Source: Vicugna vicugna
Lineage: Eukaryota
Assembly: GCA_013265495.1 (NCBI GenBank)
Contig: MU058540.1
Coordinates: 1,079,696-1,143,695, forward strand
DNA: 64,000 nt
Direction of reading: 5' to 3'
In this document: positions 1-13,610 of the stretch, one piece after another
Layout: each line of letters opens with the position of its first letter
How positions within the stretch are numbered: the stretch's first letter is position 1
Made by a program: the position numbers and the translations under genes
Notes under the pieces: model-generated
Databases searched by the model: none
Seen by the model: the letters and a program-made list of their open reading frames with translations, nothing else
What the model was told of the DNA's origin: nothing

Positions 1-140
1 AATCCGCTGGCGCCTTGATCTCGGAATTTCTAGCTTCTTGAACTTTGAGAAATCAATTTCTACTGTGTATAAGCCACTATGAGAAATCAATTTCTACTGT
101 TTATGCTATTTTGTTACAGCAGCCTGAATGGACTAAGATA
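1..140 (+). mobile_element. 3' end of MaLR (MLT1/MST-type) LTR
   Basis: gccttgatctcggaatttctagc...tgagaaatcaatttc...taagccac...tattttgttacagcagcctgaatggactaagata is a typical MaLR 3' terminus. It includes a short duplication of tgagaaatcaatttctactgt. Confidence 0.8.
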
Positions 141-198
141 AAGGTATATGTGGTTATTAATATGATACCAATTGCACCGAAGATTTTAACAGGCTTAC

Positions 199-243
199 CT
201 CAAAAATTCCAACTAATCTTCCCAATGTCCCTTTTACTCCAGC
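199..243 (-). CDS. NUDT3: NUDT3 internal coding exon, exon 3; 45 nt, phase 0-0
   Basis: Reverse complement is GCTGGAGTAAAAGGGACATTGGGAAGATTAGTTGGAATTTTTGAG = AGVKGTLGRLVGIFE, which directly continues exon 2 and completes the Nudix box (REVCEE|AGV). Acceptor is ttttttctttttcactcttcag| and donor is |gtaagc. Too short for the ORF track. Confidence 0.95.
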
Positions 244-1118
244 CTGAAGAGTGAAAAAGAAAAAATCACACATTAATATTGCTTACATTGCTGGTCTTAT
301 TCTGAATCTTCCTGGGCAATTTGTAAAACAGAAATAAACAAGAGGACACAGCTCAGGCGGACTCCAGGCCCGTGAGGGTCCTACCAGTGTTTCCTCTGCG
401 TCACAGACCAACAACAGCAGAGTATACTCTAGGGAGGGAGGATTCTTCTCATCTCCTCCCTGTCTCTCACCACTGCAAAACTGGCTAAACAGAGCAAGAT
501 AATCAAGGCCACAGTTATACTAAAGATATTTTGAGGTATGAATTACCTCACTCATTTACCCATTCAACCAATTACACTGAACACCAAATTTGAGGCAGAT
601 AACTGTGTAGATGCCAGAGGTAGAGTGATGAATAGCCTAGACCACAAGGTCCATGAGAGCCAGGCAATCCTTATCTGACTTGTTCTTGGCTCTCTGTACA
701 CAGTATGCCCAGATCAGAGCTCAGCAACCTGCACGAGCTCAGTAAAGCATCAGTCAACAAAACATAAATATAAAAAGAAATGCACAGAGCATGTGATTGA
801 CAGAGAATGATGGGGAGGGGGCAACTTTTTACAGTGGTTAGGTCTTTGTAGTATATAGTCTGTATCTCCCATTAGCCCTTTGGTAATTTTTTTTTTTTTT
901 TAAGATCTGTGTCTTTCTGGTGCATTACAGGTGAAATTTTCACTCTATTCCAATTTACTAATTTTCTTTTCAACCACATCCAGGCTAGACTTATCTATTT
1001 CTAGTCCGTTTTTTATCTGATATTGCTCATTTTTATTTGTTCTTTACATATCCATCTGTTTCCATTATGTACATCTTTGTTTCCATGGTTTTTTGTTCTT
1101 TTAAAAATGAAGCTATTC

Positions 1119-1160
1119 TAACACTGTAAATAAACTACACTTCAATAAAAAAAAGAATAA
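1119..1160 (+). mobile_element. Very short L1 3'-tail insertion
   Basis: aacactgtaaataaactacacttcaataaaaaaaa resembles an artiodactyl L1 3' end. It has degenerate flanking repeats aaaaatgaagctattc and aaaaatagaaattattc. Confidence 0.6.
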
Positions 1161-2272
1161 AAAAATAGAAATTATTCCTCTGTTTACTTTTTGAACATCC
1201 TGAAGATATTTAAGTTATCTGTCAGACCATGCTATAAAATTCATTTCACCTAAAGTAAATTCACATTCCAATTGGTGAAGAGCTTACTTGTGATGTTGCC
1301 AATACCATGTTTGCTAGAGCCAGGTCTTAAAGCCATAATTTAGGGTTCCTGTCCCAAGGTAATATAGGGAATACTGCAGATGGGCCCTGGAATCAGAAGA
1401 TGCCTTGGCTCCATCCTTTACTGTCCACCGCATCTATGTCTTTTCCCAACCTAGGCCCATGTCTTTCTAAAAGTCTCAGCTGTTGGTGTCTTTTCCATTG
1501 AGCACTTGGCCTCCCCCTTAATCCAAGGGCTCCAACCATCAGCCACCCAAGGACACACAGGCTGCAATTTTCCCATCCTGTTCTGTAATTCTGCTCTGTT
1601 TCTGATCTATGGAGGCATCCACCTTGCTTCTGATTCAGGTTATGTCTTTTTTTAGCTTTTGACTTGTTTATCTATCTCTGCTAGGAGCAGAAGGGGTGAG
1701 AGGTAAGGGAAAGATTTCCCTGGAAATACCTGGGGCTGTGGTAACTTTTTCCTGTTACTACTGCCATGTTATTTTCTATAATAAATTAAAAATTAAGGCA
1801 AATATACTTTCCAAAGATAGTAGGTACTCAGTAAGTCTGCACAGAATGAACAAAAATTTTAAATAAGTACTCCAAAAGTTCTTTAGAGATATTTAAGAAT
1901 AGAAACAATAAAAGCCAATTTAAAGGTCTAGATTCTTGGGTGAGCTATATTTTGAAATTTTTTGCTAACTATCCATCAAGGAATTCTTTTTTTTAATGGT
2001 AAGATTGTTTGAAAGTATATATTATTTTATATTCTGAAAACTACATATTCCTTTGATTTTCTACCTAGGTCTATATATTCCTATATTAAGTAAAATAATT
2101 TATATTCTCCATGCATTATGCTTTCTCTGGATAAACGCAAAACAATATAGCATAACTGAAATGAAAGAGCAAGTGGCATATAAGTCTTCATTTTTACAAA
2201 AGAGTAAGAGATTTAAGCTTCTGTGTGCTTTAACTTTTTTTAATCTAAAGTTTCTCAGATTTCTATTTTAAC

Positions 2273-2854
2273 TGTTAGAGCAGACAGATAGCTATACATG
2301 AGCAAAGAAAAGGGGGCACCGGCCAAATGGTAGGAAACCACACATCTTGTAAACAACGGCGGGGGTGGTGGTGGTGGGGTGTCCTTGAGCAGGCAAAGAA
2401 AAGCAGGAACCTCCAGACTGATAAGAAACCACACATTTTGGGTTGACAACTGTCCTGGAGGCAGACAAAGAAAGGTGGGATAAGGAAGGAATCTCTGACA
2501 CTTTGCTCATTATGCCCTCATTACAATAAAATTAGCCTTGCAGGTAAGAAATATGCATCATGCACCAACGCCGTGACACTTCCGATCAAGACTAAATAAG
2601 GACAAAAATTCCTCCTCCCCTTGGGAAGGTGGAGCTGGCATGAAAATCAGGACATACAATCCCAAACCACCCCCTCCCCAATGAATATTATGTCCATTCA
2701 TTTTTTTCACCCCATAAAACCAGCTTGCCAAAGAAACTCAGCACAGTTCCTCACCATCTGACCACTCTCCCCCTTAACACAATCACTTTACTTTCTTGAC
2801 CTCCACAGCTCATCTCTGAATGTTAAGGAATTCTTTTACTTTCTCTCACCAACA
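2273..2854 (+). mobile_element. Solo ERV LTR
   Basis: Starts TGTTAG and ends CCAACA. It has ~90-bp internal repeats with gaaaccacacat and a TATA-like cataaaa near 2713. No TSD is evident, so the right end is uncertain. Confidence 0.6.
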
Positions 2855-4704
2855 TGCCTGTTTCTTTCCCCATTCTCATTCTTTTCCCCATGTGGCTTTT
2901 AGTCTACCTGAATGGAAAATACCCTTTCTTATTTAAATTGCTTTTTTACATTTTTAGAAATAATTGCACTTCACAGCCACCTAAGACTAGCTAGAATGTA
3001 TTTCATGAATTCATCAATGAAGTTGCCTAAACAAGTGGGTTGAGCTGGCAGGCTATCCTCATCTGGAAAGTCAACTCCATACTCTGATCCTAGGCAGCCC
3101 AAACATGCTCAGATTAGCTCCTGAGATGTGTCACCTGTGCTTCTGCCACAGGCCTCCACTGACAGAGTCTGGGAGTAGAGCTATCAGGCTTCGAAAGCAG
3201 GAGGCCAGGGGTGGGGGTGTTGGGAGAGGTCAGGGGCGGCACAAGGAAAGATTCACAGAGGTTCACAGAAGACATCATTCATACTTCTCTTCTGCTAAGC
3301 GGATACAGAGTTCTCCTTAGCAGTCACTGTCCAATATTTTTTTCTCCCTAAACCAAAAGTGCAGAAAAGGAAACAATCTCCACATTTTAAGGGCACAAAT
3401 CAACTTAATAATATTATGGCAACACAATATAACTTACTTAAAACTTTTAGTTTTAGTAACTTCTGTATTCAACACTAACATACATTATTTACTCTATGTC
3501 AGAGGCAGTTAGGAAAAACATAAAAGCATTTTTCTTAATGAAATAGATGCATTTTTATAGTTTAGTGTAAATCAAATAATGCTGCCATCTGTACAGTGAA
3601 ATTTAGTGGCACTTATTTTCACTTCTATTAATCTAATAAATCACTTCCAATCAGTAATAGCTTTAACTATTCCTTAGTTTTCCTTCAAATTTTATTTTAA
3701 TACTTGGGGGATCTACTTGGAGAATTCTATCTAAGGTGATCCTACCAATGATTGATTATGATAAAAAGTAAAGAAATATTCCTGTATTTATCAGTATTTA
3801 AAACTGGGCTTTAGCATTTTTCTTAGAAGGAGGCTCCTCTTTAGTAAGAAAGAATTTCAGTTCTTTAAAGTCATAGTGATAAGAGAAAGATTCCTCACAG
3901 GCAAAGATCCTCCAAGACAGAGTTCATTGTAACTATTTTACTTTTCTCCAACCTTTCACAGCCCAACTTTCACCCCCAAGCTCTCTCTCAAATGCTGCCA
4001 CAAGCAACTGGAGAGAGATATTTTTATCTCTCACATGATTCTTGCACACAGGTCAGGGTAGGTGTCAGGGTCACATTTGACAGACAGACATCTGGCTCAG
4101 ACGTTTGGGGATAAGATTTGATTCGGGCAGGGTATATGTCAGTTTGGTCCAGTCAGGGTGCTGCTATAGACTTGTTTTTCTCAAAATCCTATGAAAGCAG
4201 TTATGATTTCAATCTATACGTCAAAGGTCTCTAATCCAGAGGGGTCTTTATTTAAAAGCCCATCTTAGCTGGTGGTAAGAATTCCAAATAAAATATCTAC
4301 TGCCCTTCGTTATTCAACCATATGTAAGTTAAGTGCTTTCTTGAACTTCAAAGTATACAACAGCAATTCTAACACTTGAGGTCTAGTTAACAAAAATTAT
4401 CTAAGAAATTGCCTACTTTTTAAAAAGGAAAAAACACAAATGTCTCTTTTCCTTTTGGGGTGTTTACTGAGATTGCAAGTATTTATCTGGAAAGGGTGGA
4501 CTGAGCAGGGAGACTCCTGTGTCCCCTCTTTCCCTCTAGCAGTCTCCCAGGGTGCATACCTGAGGCCCAGGCAGAGGCACTGGTGTGATGGGCCTTTGAG
4601 ACTGCCCCTAAAATGACCTCCCACCACAAAGAACCCTAGCTTTGTTGCTTAGTTTGGACGGGCACAAAGTGGATCATCACCTTCTGAAACTTGTTTTTCA
4701 CTCT

Positions 4705-5112
4705 TAAGGTGGACACTGGCAGACAATGATAGCTATCTAGCTCACAAGCATTCTCTCTTCCTCCTTGCTACCAGTAAGACCCAATTCTGGGTCAATGGCT
4801 CCTGAGAGGATGTCTCTCTGAGGCTTCTGGAAAGATTTCCCACCATGATTAAGAAGAGCTGTACAAAAAGAAACCCTATACCTCCTTGCTTGTCAGGTGG
4901 GGACCTGAAACTTGGAGCTGCTACAGTCATCTTGTGATTGTCAGGGGAAGGCCAAGAGAATCAATGAGAAGCTGAACCAAAGTCCTGACTGCTGAGCTGC
5001 TGAAGCAACAGGGAACAGCCAATCTCTGACTTCCTATGTGAGAAAAAGAACCAGTGCTGTTAAAGCCACTTTGTCAGGTGTGCTGCTAGCGGTATCTGAA
5101 AGCTTCCTGATA
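4705..5112 (+). mobile_element. Old MaLR LTR (MLT1J/K/L-like)
   Basis: Motifs gcttctggaaagatttc, ttggagctgctacagtcatcttgtga, gaaggccaagagaatc and ttaaagccact are characteristic of old MLT1 LTRs. Confidence 0.7.
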
Positions 5113-5479
5113 GTTCCCTTGATTTAAAGGGCAGCTTTTTGAGGAAGACTGTACATCCCAAAACAAAAATTCTGAACATTCGAGGGAGCTGTAGTATAAA
5201 ACTTTTCTCTATTAAAGCAATAAGCCTAGGCCCAAAAGGAACTCAGGGGAGCAACTCTAATGCAAGTGTCTATATGAGGAAACCCATGAACAAAAATATA
5301 TGGTCTTCTATATACATAACTTTCTGTAGCCACCAAATTTAGCAATTATAGAAGGAAAGAATCACAGTGAAGACAGATGGAAGTAGATGAGAAGCCAGTG
5401 TTAAGTCCACGTCTACTTGCTTTCTAATAAAATCATCTAGGGCTCAAAGAAGTGAATGGTTGCATCCTGTAAGTCATGA

Positions 5480-6215
5480 CATGGAGTGTTTTCAAAATTG
5501 TTCAGCTCTATTTGCTTACTGTTTTTTATTGTGATTTGTGCTTTAATTCAAGGATTACTTAGATCATTTTTTTCTGTTTCCAAGCATGTCTCTCTCTGTG
5601 TAAAGCTGGCTCTATTGCTGGTTTCTAATGATGCTCTGGGATTTTTAATACCTCCTTTATGGCTTCATATAGGGGTACTTTTTATAATTCTTTCATGTGT
5701 GCTTGAAAATTTTATATATTCTTTGTTGGATGCAAAGTTATCCTTCAATTTAGCTATGTGATCAAACTTGTTAATTGTGTTAATCCTTTTCTGTCACTTT
5801 TTCTATCAATTTCTAAATAAGATGTTTTAAAGTCTTCGATATAGCTGTAGATTTGTCAGCTTTTCCCCAGCTTTTTTTGCTTTATGTAGATGAAGAGTGT
5901 GCTAGGTGCACACAAGTTCATGACTGCTATACTGTCTTAGTAGATTGTTCCTTTTATCAGTGTTAAATGTCCCTCTTATCCCTTTCATGTTTTTCACCTA
6001 AATTCTATCTTGCCTGATATTACAATTACTATCTCAGTTTTCTTTTGGTTAGTATTTGCCTGATACATCTTTTTCCAGCTCTCCAGTTTTAATCATTCAG
6101 TACTGCTGTGTTTGAAGACAACAAACGGCGTTTTATTTCCTTTTTAACCCAAGTATGTGTCTATTAATTACTAAGTGTAACTAAGTGTAATCAAGTTACA
6201 TTTACTGTGATTTAA
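5480..6215 (-). mobile_element. Degenerate L1M (L1ME-like) ORF2 fragment
   Basis: T-rich sequence resembling the antisense of the L1 endonuclease region (ttcttttggttagtatttgcctgatacatcttttt, attgttccttttatcag). Confidence 0.7.
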
Positions 6216-7196
6216 CCTGGAAACTTAGGTTATATTGAGCCACATGGGGTCCCTTCAAGATGAGTTAGAATGAGAATCCTTAAATTTACTTCCTGTGTAG
6301 TGAGCTCTACACTAGGCAGTTTGCATTTGTAAACTCAGTGAATTAAGAGGAAACTGTTAAGTGGCACCTCAGCCAGATAAATTAAACCTAACCAGGGCCA
6401 TTGACTGTTGGTAGTTTAAATGCTGAGGAGTCTCCAGAGGCAAGGACTGCATTTAGTATTTGCTGAAGCCATTGTGAATTGTACTGGAGTCAACAGAATA
6501 TACTTCCTAATGACTAAAAATCCTTTCCTGGAATGTGGAGCTGGATGCAAAAGCAAATACAACTGTTTTGGAAGAGTCATCTGGACTCAATTCATTTAGC
6601 AGAAGGCAACTGGCTCCTATCCCAGTAATTCAGTCTCTATTCAGGGTTTCAGCACAAACTAGCTCAAATGCAGTAGTATATTCTCTAACTGGGCAGATTC
6701 TAATCTCTACACTAAACCACTGAATTAACTATTCATCAGTGGGTAGCATTCAGTTATGTGTGATAATGTAGACAGATAAATTGAGTAAAAAGGTATCTTT
6801 TTATTCCAATTTTTAAAAACAATGGTTGAAAGATAATTAAGGAGTAGTTATTTGCAAAAAAAAGCTAACCTTTAAATTAGGTTCTCCTAGCAAGTTTAAA
6901 ATGAATAATAAACAATAAATAATAAATAAAATATCAATTCCTTGACTAAAGTGTGATTTTTTTTAAAAAAGTTACTAATGTTTAAGATAAATCATAAATA
7001 AAGATGATTGAATTTACAAAACTGTGACCCACTGGTAATCTTTTTGAGGGGAGATATATCTATTGAAAGAAAGATATTTCTGTTTAGTATCTTAGATGAT
7101 TAGCCTGAAGAAATAAAAACATTTATAGTATTACTTCAGAGTCAAAGGAAAAGGGAGGAGATCTGATTCTAAAAATTAAAAAAAAATTTTAATGTA

Positions 7197-7640
7197 CTGG
7201 TATATTGTTTTATCACACTTTGCAGATATTGCATTCTCTTTACAAATTGAAGATTTTGTTGCAACTCTGCATTGAGCAAGTGTACCAGTGCCATTTTTCC
7301 CACAGCATTTGCTCTTTGTGTTTCTGTGTCACACTTTGGTAATTTCTTGAAATATTTCAAACTTCCCCATTATTATTATATTTGTTATGGTGATCTGTGA
7401 TCTTCGATGATACTTCTACAACTTGCTGAAGGTTCAGCATCTTTTAGCAATAAACTATTTTAACATTAATGTATATTGTTTTTTTAGACACAATGCCATT
7501 GCACAATTAACAGACTACAGTATAGTGTAAACTTTTACATGACCTGGAAAACCAAAAAATTTGTGTGACTTGCTCTATTGTGATATCTGCTTTATTTTAT
7601 GGTCTGGAACTGAACCCACAGTAGCTCTGGGGTATGCCTA
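7197..7640. mobile_element. Internally deleted Tigger1-type DNA transposon (TcMar, MITE-like)
   Basis: Both Tigger1 termini are recognisable (ctggtata...cactttgcagatattgc at the left; ...ggtctggaactgaacccacagtagctctggggtatgccta at the right). Flanked by TA at 7195-7196 and 7641-7642. Confidence 0.85.
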
Positions 7641-7644
7641 TAGT

Positions 7645-8800
7645 GGTAGACTGACTAAGCATATTACATCTTCTTTTTCCTAAGATCTTATTAAATTGAA
7701 AGTAGAGCAATAAGATTGGAAAGGAACTATTGAAGGAAGGAGATTTCAAAAAAAATTCCAAGAAGATGCAAAGTGATGAATGAGAGTTGAAAGATGAAGA
7801 AAGGCAAGAGAAGCCAGCTCAGCTTCCAGGTTCTGGAGAGGTTCCAGGAGAGAATATGGCAGGAACACAGAGAGTGGAAGTGAGACGGGGTCCTGAAAGG
7901 CACAGGTCTAAATAGTAAACAACTATGCCCATACACAGAGAATGGTCTGGGCCCAGTCACCTATCACCCAGACAACTCTGAGGGCTCTAAAGAAAGCAGA
8001 AAAACAGAAAAACTGGGAGGAACTACTGTAGCGTATACATCTATCAGCACTCCCAGAATAAAGTTCGCCTATTGTGACACTCTTTTAGAAAGCCCCTGGC
8101 ACAACTGCTCCACTTCCTCCCAGGTCACTCTATACACCCGCCCATTTACACAGAGCTCCCACTCAGTGCTGCTGCTGCCTGACTCTAACATCCAAGGAAA
8201 GATCAAAATAGGCAAATGAAAACTGGCTCTGATTAAAAGGAAAATTCAAGGAAACAGAAGAAAACGTGGGGAAATCATTCTTTAAAGAAATTCCAGAAGC
8301 TACGGCATCCTAAAGAAGAGTGAAATGTAGTAAAAGCAAACAACAATCAAAATGGTGTCTTAGACCTTGAAAGTATGATTGTTGAAATAAAACACTGACT
8401 AGAAGGGTTAGAAGTCGATGAAACTTCCCAAAATATAGAAAACAAAGAGATGAAAAATATGACCAGGAAAGAATAAGAATAAAGGCTCAATCTAGAGGGC
8501 CTAATGTCTAATCAACAGAAATTACAGACAAACCACTGAGAAGTTTCAAAACCCCAGGGATAAAGGGATAGAAAATAGGTTATCTCCAGAGGAATGAGAA
8601 CTAAACCAGTATGAGACTTACTAACTACAACAACATTGATAATAATACTCTTCATTTTAAGGGAAAATGATTTTCAATAAAAAATTCTATTTAGCAAAAA
8701 CTTCAGTGAGAATGAAAGTGTGAGGCAAGAAATAAGATATTACCTACTGTGTATTTTTCCTTAGGGAATTACTTAAGGAATGCCTGAAGTTAAGAGTTCT
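7645..8800 (+). mobile_element. Ancient L1/HAL1-like 5' region with ORF1 remnant
   Basis: A-rich degenerate ORF1-like sequence at 8200-8790 (e.g. ttttaagggaaaatgattttcaa...aattctatttagcaaaa). Confidence 0.5.
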
Positions 8801-9274
8801 GAAGAAAAGCACTCTTCAAGGGGTCTTATGTAAATCATTCATGTGTGAAAAAAAACATTTTTTAAAACATGTAATGATTCTCTGTACTTTTCTTATAAAT
8901 AATTATCCACTCTATTATAGTCAACCAATAATGAATGAGAAAAAAAAAGCACAAAAGAAACAGGAATACATTGGGGGTGGGAGGGAAAGGGAAAAATAGC
9001 TGAGATTTTTAATGAAAGCAATAAAATTATTGGCCTTAAATATGGCTGTTGTCAATATAACAAATGACAACTTTTTGTATCTTTAAGAACAGTATCTTAA
9101 TCATAATGATAACCTACACCTGAAGATACAAACTGAAACAAAATGAGAGTTGGGCAGTAAGAAGATACTCATTTCTATATTTTAGATTGGGGTAGAGGTG
9201 TGTGTAAGTAGATTGTTTTGTTTGGCTGGAAAAAATAAATACTTGTTCAAATGTGTTATTTAAAGTAAAAGAGA

Positions 9275-12200
9275 TTCTAGTTTCTGGTCCAGCATGTAAG
9301 GAACTTAGAAGTTCCCACTCTGTCATAACAATGAATGAAAAGCTGAACAAACTGAAAAAATAACAACTCTTCTTAGATTCATCAGAAAAGTGAAGTCACA
9401 GGGCAAACCACTGCCCTCTAAACTGGAAAGACAGTTAGCCAGATCAGAGAATCACAACTTACCAGAGCAGAAACCACCAAGGGAAGGGAGTTGGGGGGTG
9501 TGGGATGAGGTGGGAAAAGAAACCTAAACTGTAACTGACAAATGATTGGAAATTCTGAGAGTTAAAAACTTTGGCGGGGCGGGGGGACCACCACACTTTT
9601 GTGTATTTTACCTCCAGGAGCTTTACCCAGGTTTTCATAGTGAATACTGGAGAAAAATCCCCTCCTGCTTCCGGAGAGGTGAAAAATACTCATTCAGAAA
9701 TACTCCAGAACATTCTATCCTTAATAAGCCCTGCCTTCTAATAGCCAACTATTTTATAAGAGCCTAACCTATTGGAGTTTTGTCTGAGTCTAGCCAACCT
9801 GGGGGAAGGGAAATACCCAATTCCAGCCCCACAGCCATCCTGTTCCATATTAAGTGGGAGTCAGTGGGAAGGAGCTGGAAATACTGAGAAGCACTTGTGA
9901 ATTTCACAGGCCAGGGGGATAGGCTCACTAAAAAAGACTGAGACCTAATCATCAGACTACAGAATGCACACCTTACCACCATATTACTAAAGGTCTATTT
10001 ACCAGAAGTCCTTATTATCCAGTATATCATGTTTAGCTTTCAACAAAAAATTACAGTCTTACAAAGAAGAAAACACACATTTTGAAGACACAGAAAAGCA
10101 TCAGAGCCAGGCTCAGATATGGTAGGGATGTTGAAATTATCAGATCATGAAAAAACAACCATGATTAATATGCTAAGGATTCTAATGGGAAAAGTAAAAA
10201 CCAATGGGTAATACAAGCAGAGACACAGAAATTCTAAAAATGAACAAAAAAGTAATGCTATAGATCAAACACACTGTTAATAGGAAAGAAGAATACCACT
10301 GACAGGGTCACTAGTAGATCAGACAAAGAAAAGAAACCTCGAACCTGAGGATATGTCAATAGAAACTTTCAAAACCGAAATGCAAATAGAAAAAAATACT
10401 AGGGGAAGAAACCTACACAGAACAGAATATCCAAGAACTGTGAGATAACTACAAAAGGCGTAACGCTGTATAATAGGAAAACCAGAAGAAGACAGACAAA
10501 GGAATAGAAACAATATTTGAAGCAATAATATCTGAGAATTTCACCAAATTAATGTCAGACACAAAAACAATAGATCTAGGAAGCTCAACCAGGATAAATG
10601 CACAAAAAGTTACACCTAGCTAGACATATTCAAATTGCAAAAAAAATCAAAGTTAAAGAAAAAATTTTGAAAGGAGCTAAAGGAGGGGAAAAAACAGCTT
10701 ACCTATAGAGGAATCAAGTTAAGAATTATATCCAACATCTCCTCAGAAACCATGCAAACAGGAAGAGAGTGGAGTGAAATATTTAACTTGTTAAAAAGAG
10801 AAAACCACTAACCTAGATGTCCTTTAAAGTGAAGGAGAAAAAGACTTTCTTAGACAAACCAAAGTCTGAGAAGGGTAAAAAAGGGTAGAAGACAAAAAGG
10901 GAGGGTGAACAAAACAAGGGCAAAAAATAGGTAACAGTATCAAACACGGTAGCTATTAATTCAACTATATCAATAATCACTTTAAACATCAATGATCTAA
11001 TAAGCATATCAATTAAAAGACAGGTTATCAGAATGGATCAAAAAATAATATGTTGTCTACAAAAAAATCAAATTTAAAACCACATGTAGATTAAAAGAAA
11101 AGGGATGGAGAAAGATATAACATACTAATACAAATAAAAAGAAAACATGAGTAGCAATATTAACTTCAGAGAGAGCAAATTTCAGAGCAAGGAAAATTAT
11201 CAGAGATAAAGAGTATTTACATAATGCGACGTTAACAGCATTACATAATGATAAAGGGTTCAATTCTCCAAGAATAAGGCATAACAATCCTTAAAGTGTA
11301 TGCGTAACAATCCTTTAAGTGTATGCGTCTAACAACAGAGCATCAAAATGTGAAGTAAAAACTGACAGAACTGCAAGAAGTATATGAATCCAATGTCATT
11401 AGTTGTAGACTGAAACACCCCTCTATCAGAATTGGACAGATCCAGCAGGCAGAGAAGCCATCAGATGGATCAGACATCTACAGATTACATAATCCAGTAA
11501 CAGAAGAATACACATTCTTCTCAAATTCACACAGTATAGTCACCAAGATAGACAACATTATGGGCCATAAATTACATCTTAACAAATTTAAAAGTATAGA
11601 AATCACAAAATATATGTTCTCAGAACACAATGGGCTTAGATGAGCAATCAGTGACATGAAAAATAGCTGGCAATTCCAAAATACTTGAAGATTAAACAAC
11701 ATAATTCTAAGTAACACATAGGTCAAAGAAGAAATCTCAAGGGAAATTTAAAATACTTCGAATTAAATGAACAAACAACTTACCAAAATTTATGGGACAC
11801 AGTAAGAGCAGGGAAATTTAGAGCACTGAATGCATACATTACATAAGAAAAAAGATCTAAAACCAATCATCTAAGCTTTCACCTTAGTAAATTAGAAAAG
11901 GAAGAGTAAATTAAATTCAAAGAAAGGGAAAGAAAATAAGCAATAAAATTAGAGCAGAAATCAATGAATTTCAAAACAGAAGCTCAACAGAGAAAAAACA
12001 GGAAAACCAAAAGCTGATTCTTTGGAAGGATCAATACAATCGACAAGTTTCTAACCAGGCTAACCAAGGAAAAAAGAAAGACACAAATTACTAATGTCAG
12101 AAATTAAAGATACACCAGAAACTGACACAACATTGTAAACTGACTACATGACAAATTCAATGGACACCAAAAGGATAATAAAGGAATTGTATAAACCAAA

Positions 12201-13225
12201 GAATACTACATCCACAAATTCAATAATCTAGATGAAACAGACCAATTCCTTCAAAGATACAATCTGCCAAAACTCACACAACAGATAATCTAAATAGGCC
12301 TCTGTCTATTAAAGAAATGCAATCAATAATTAATAGCCTTCCAAATAGAAAGCACCAGGCCCAGATAGGTACTGGTGAATTCTACCAAACATTAAAGGAA
12401 GAGATTATACCAATTCTCTACAATCTCTTCCAGAAGACAGAAGCAGAGGAAATACTTTCAAAGTCATTCTATGAGGCCATCATTACCCTAATACCAAAAC
12501 CAGACAAAGACATTACAAGAAAACTACATGCAGTATCTCTCATGAACACAGATGCAAAAACCCTCAACTAAATATCAGCAAGTTGAATCCAACAATGTAC
12601 AGAAAAAAATCATACATCATGACCACGTGGCATTTATCCCATGTATGCAAGACTGGTTCCATACGAAAGACAATTAATACAATCCATCAAACTAATAGGC
12701 TAAGGAAGGAAAATCACATGATGAAATCAATAGGATGCAGAAAAACGATGTGAAAAAAAACCCCACCTATTCATGATAAAAACTCTTAGTAAAATAGGAA
12801 TAGAGGAGAAAGTTCTCAACTTGATAAAGAACATCTTTTAAAAAGTCTACAGTTAACATCATAATGAATGGTGAGAAACTAGCTTTCCCACTAAGATCAG
12901 GAAGAAGGCAAGGATGTCCCCTCTCACCATTCCTCTTCAACATTTTATTGGAAGTACTAGCTAATGAAATAAGACAACAAAAGGAAAAGACTGGGAAGGA
13001 AGAAATGAAAATTTGTTTACAGATGACATGATTGGAAAACATTGGAAAAAACTGGCAAAACAAAACAAAATAAAACAAAACCCTTGGGGAACTAAGGAGG
13101 GATTACAGCAAGGTTGCAGGATGCAAGGTTAATGTACGAAAGTCAACGGCTTTCCTATGTATCAGCAATAAACAAGAGGAATTTGAAATTAAAAACACAA
13201 TACCACTTACACTAGCACCTCCCAA
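9275..13225 (+). mobile_element. Old L1 (L1MC/MD-type): 5' UTR, ORF1 and ORF2 remnants, internally deleted and 3'-truncated
   Basis: ORF 12317-12571 reads TGEFYQTLKEEIIPILYNLFQK...FYEAIITLIPKPDKD...SLMNTDAK (L1 ORF2). RT-region DNA gaaggcaaggatgtcccctctcacca (RQGCPLSP) lies near 12905, and ORF1-like sequence at 10070-10860. Many stops and frameshifts. Confidence 0.92.
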
Positions 13226-13554
13226 AAGCTTATATAAATGGAACCTTAAATTATTTTTTGAATTTGCAATTACTGAAGGGGTATTACATCTTCACTCTAG
13301 ACTACCTGAGAATCTGAAAAATCAGTGTGAAGGATCAGCTTTAAAAAGGAGAGGGGAAGGCAACAAAAGCTTAAGAAAAGCTGGTCTAGCAATTTTAAGT
13401 GATTCTGGTGTTCTTTACCTGATCGATCCCCTCAATTTTCTTCACAATAATCGAGCTTTTGTTTTAAGGGCAGAACTGGCAATCTCAGTTTGAAATGACA
13501 AAAAAATTTCAATTTTGCCAAGTATAGCTGTAAAGGTGATCTTGCTCTTTCTGA

Positions 13555-13610
13555 AACATTTAATATTGCATATATTTAATTCAACATTTAATATTGCATA
13601 TATTTAATTC
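13555..13610. repeat. Perfect 28-bp tandem duplication
   Basis: aacatttaatattgcatatatttaattc occurs twice in tandem. Confidence 0.95.

Noticed and set aside
11282..11327. 23-bp tandem duplication in the old L1 (similar micro-duplications near 46-100, 6170-6190 and 14335-14380)
   Set aside because: These are ordinary slippage-type duplications with no further structure.
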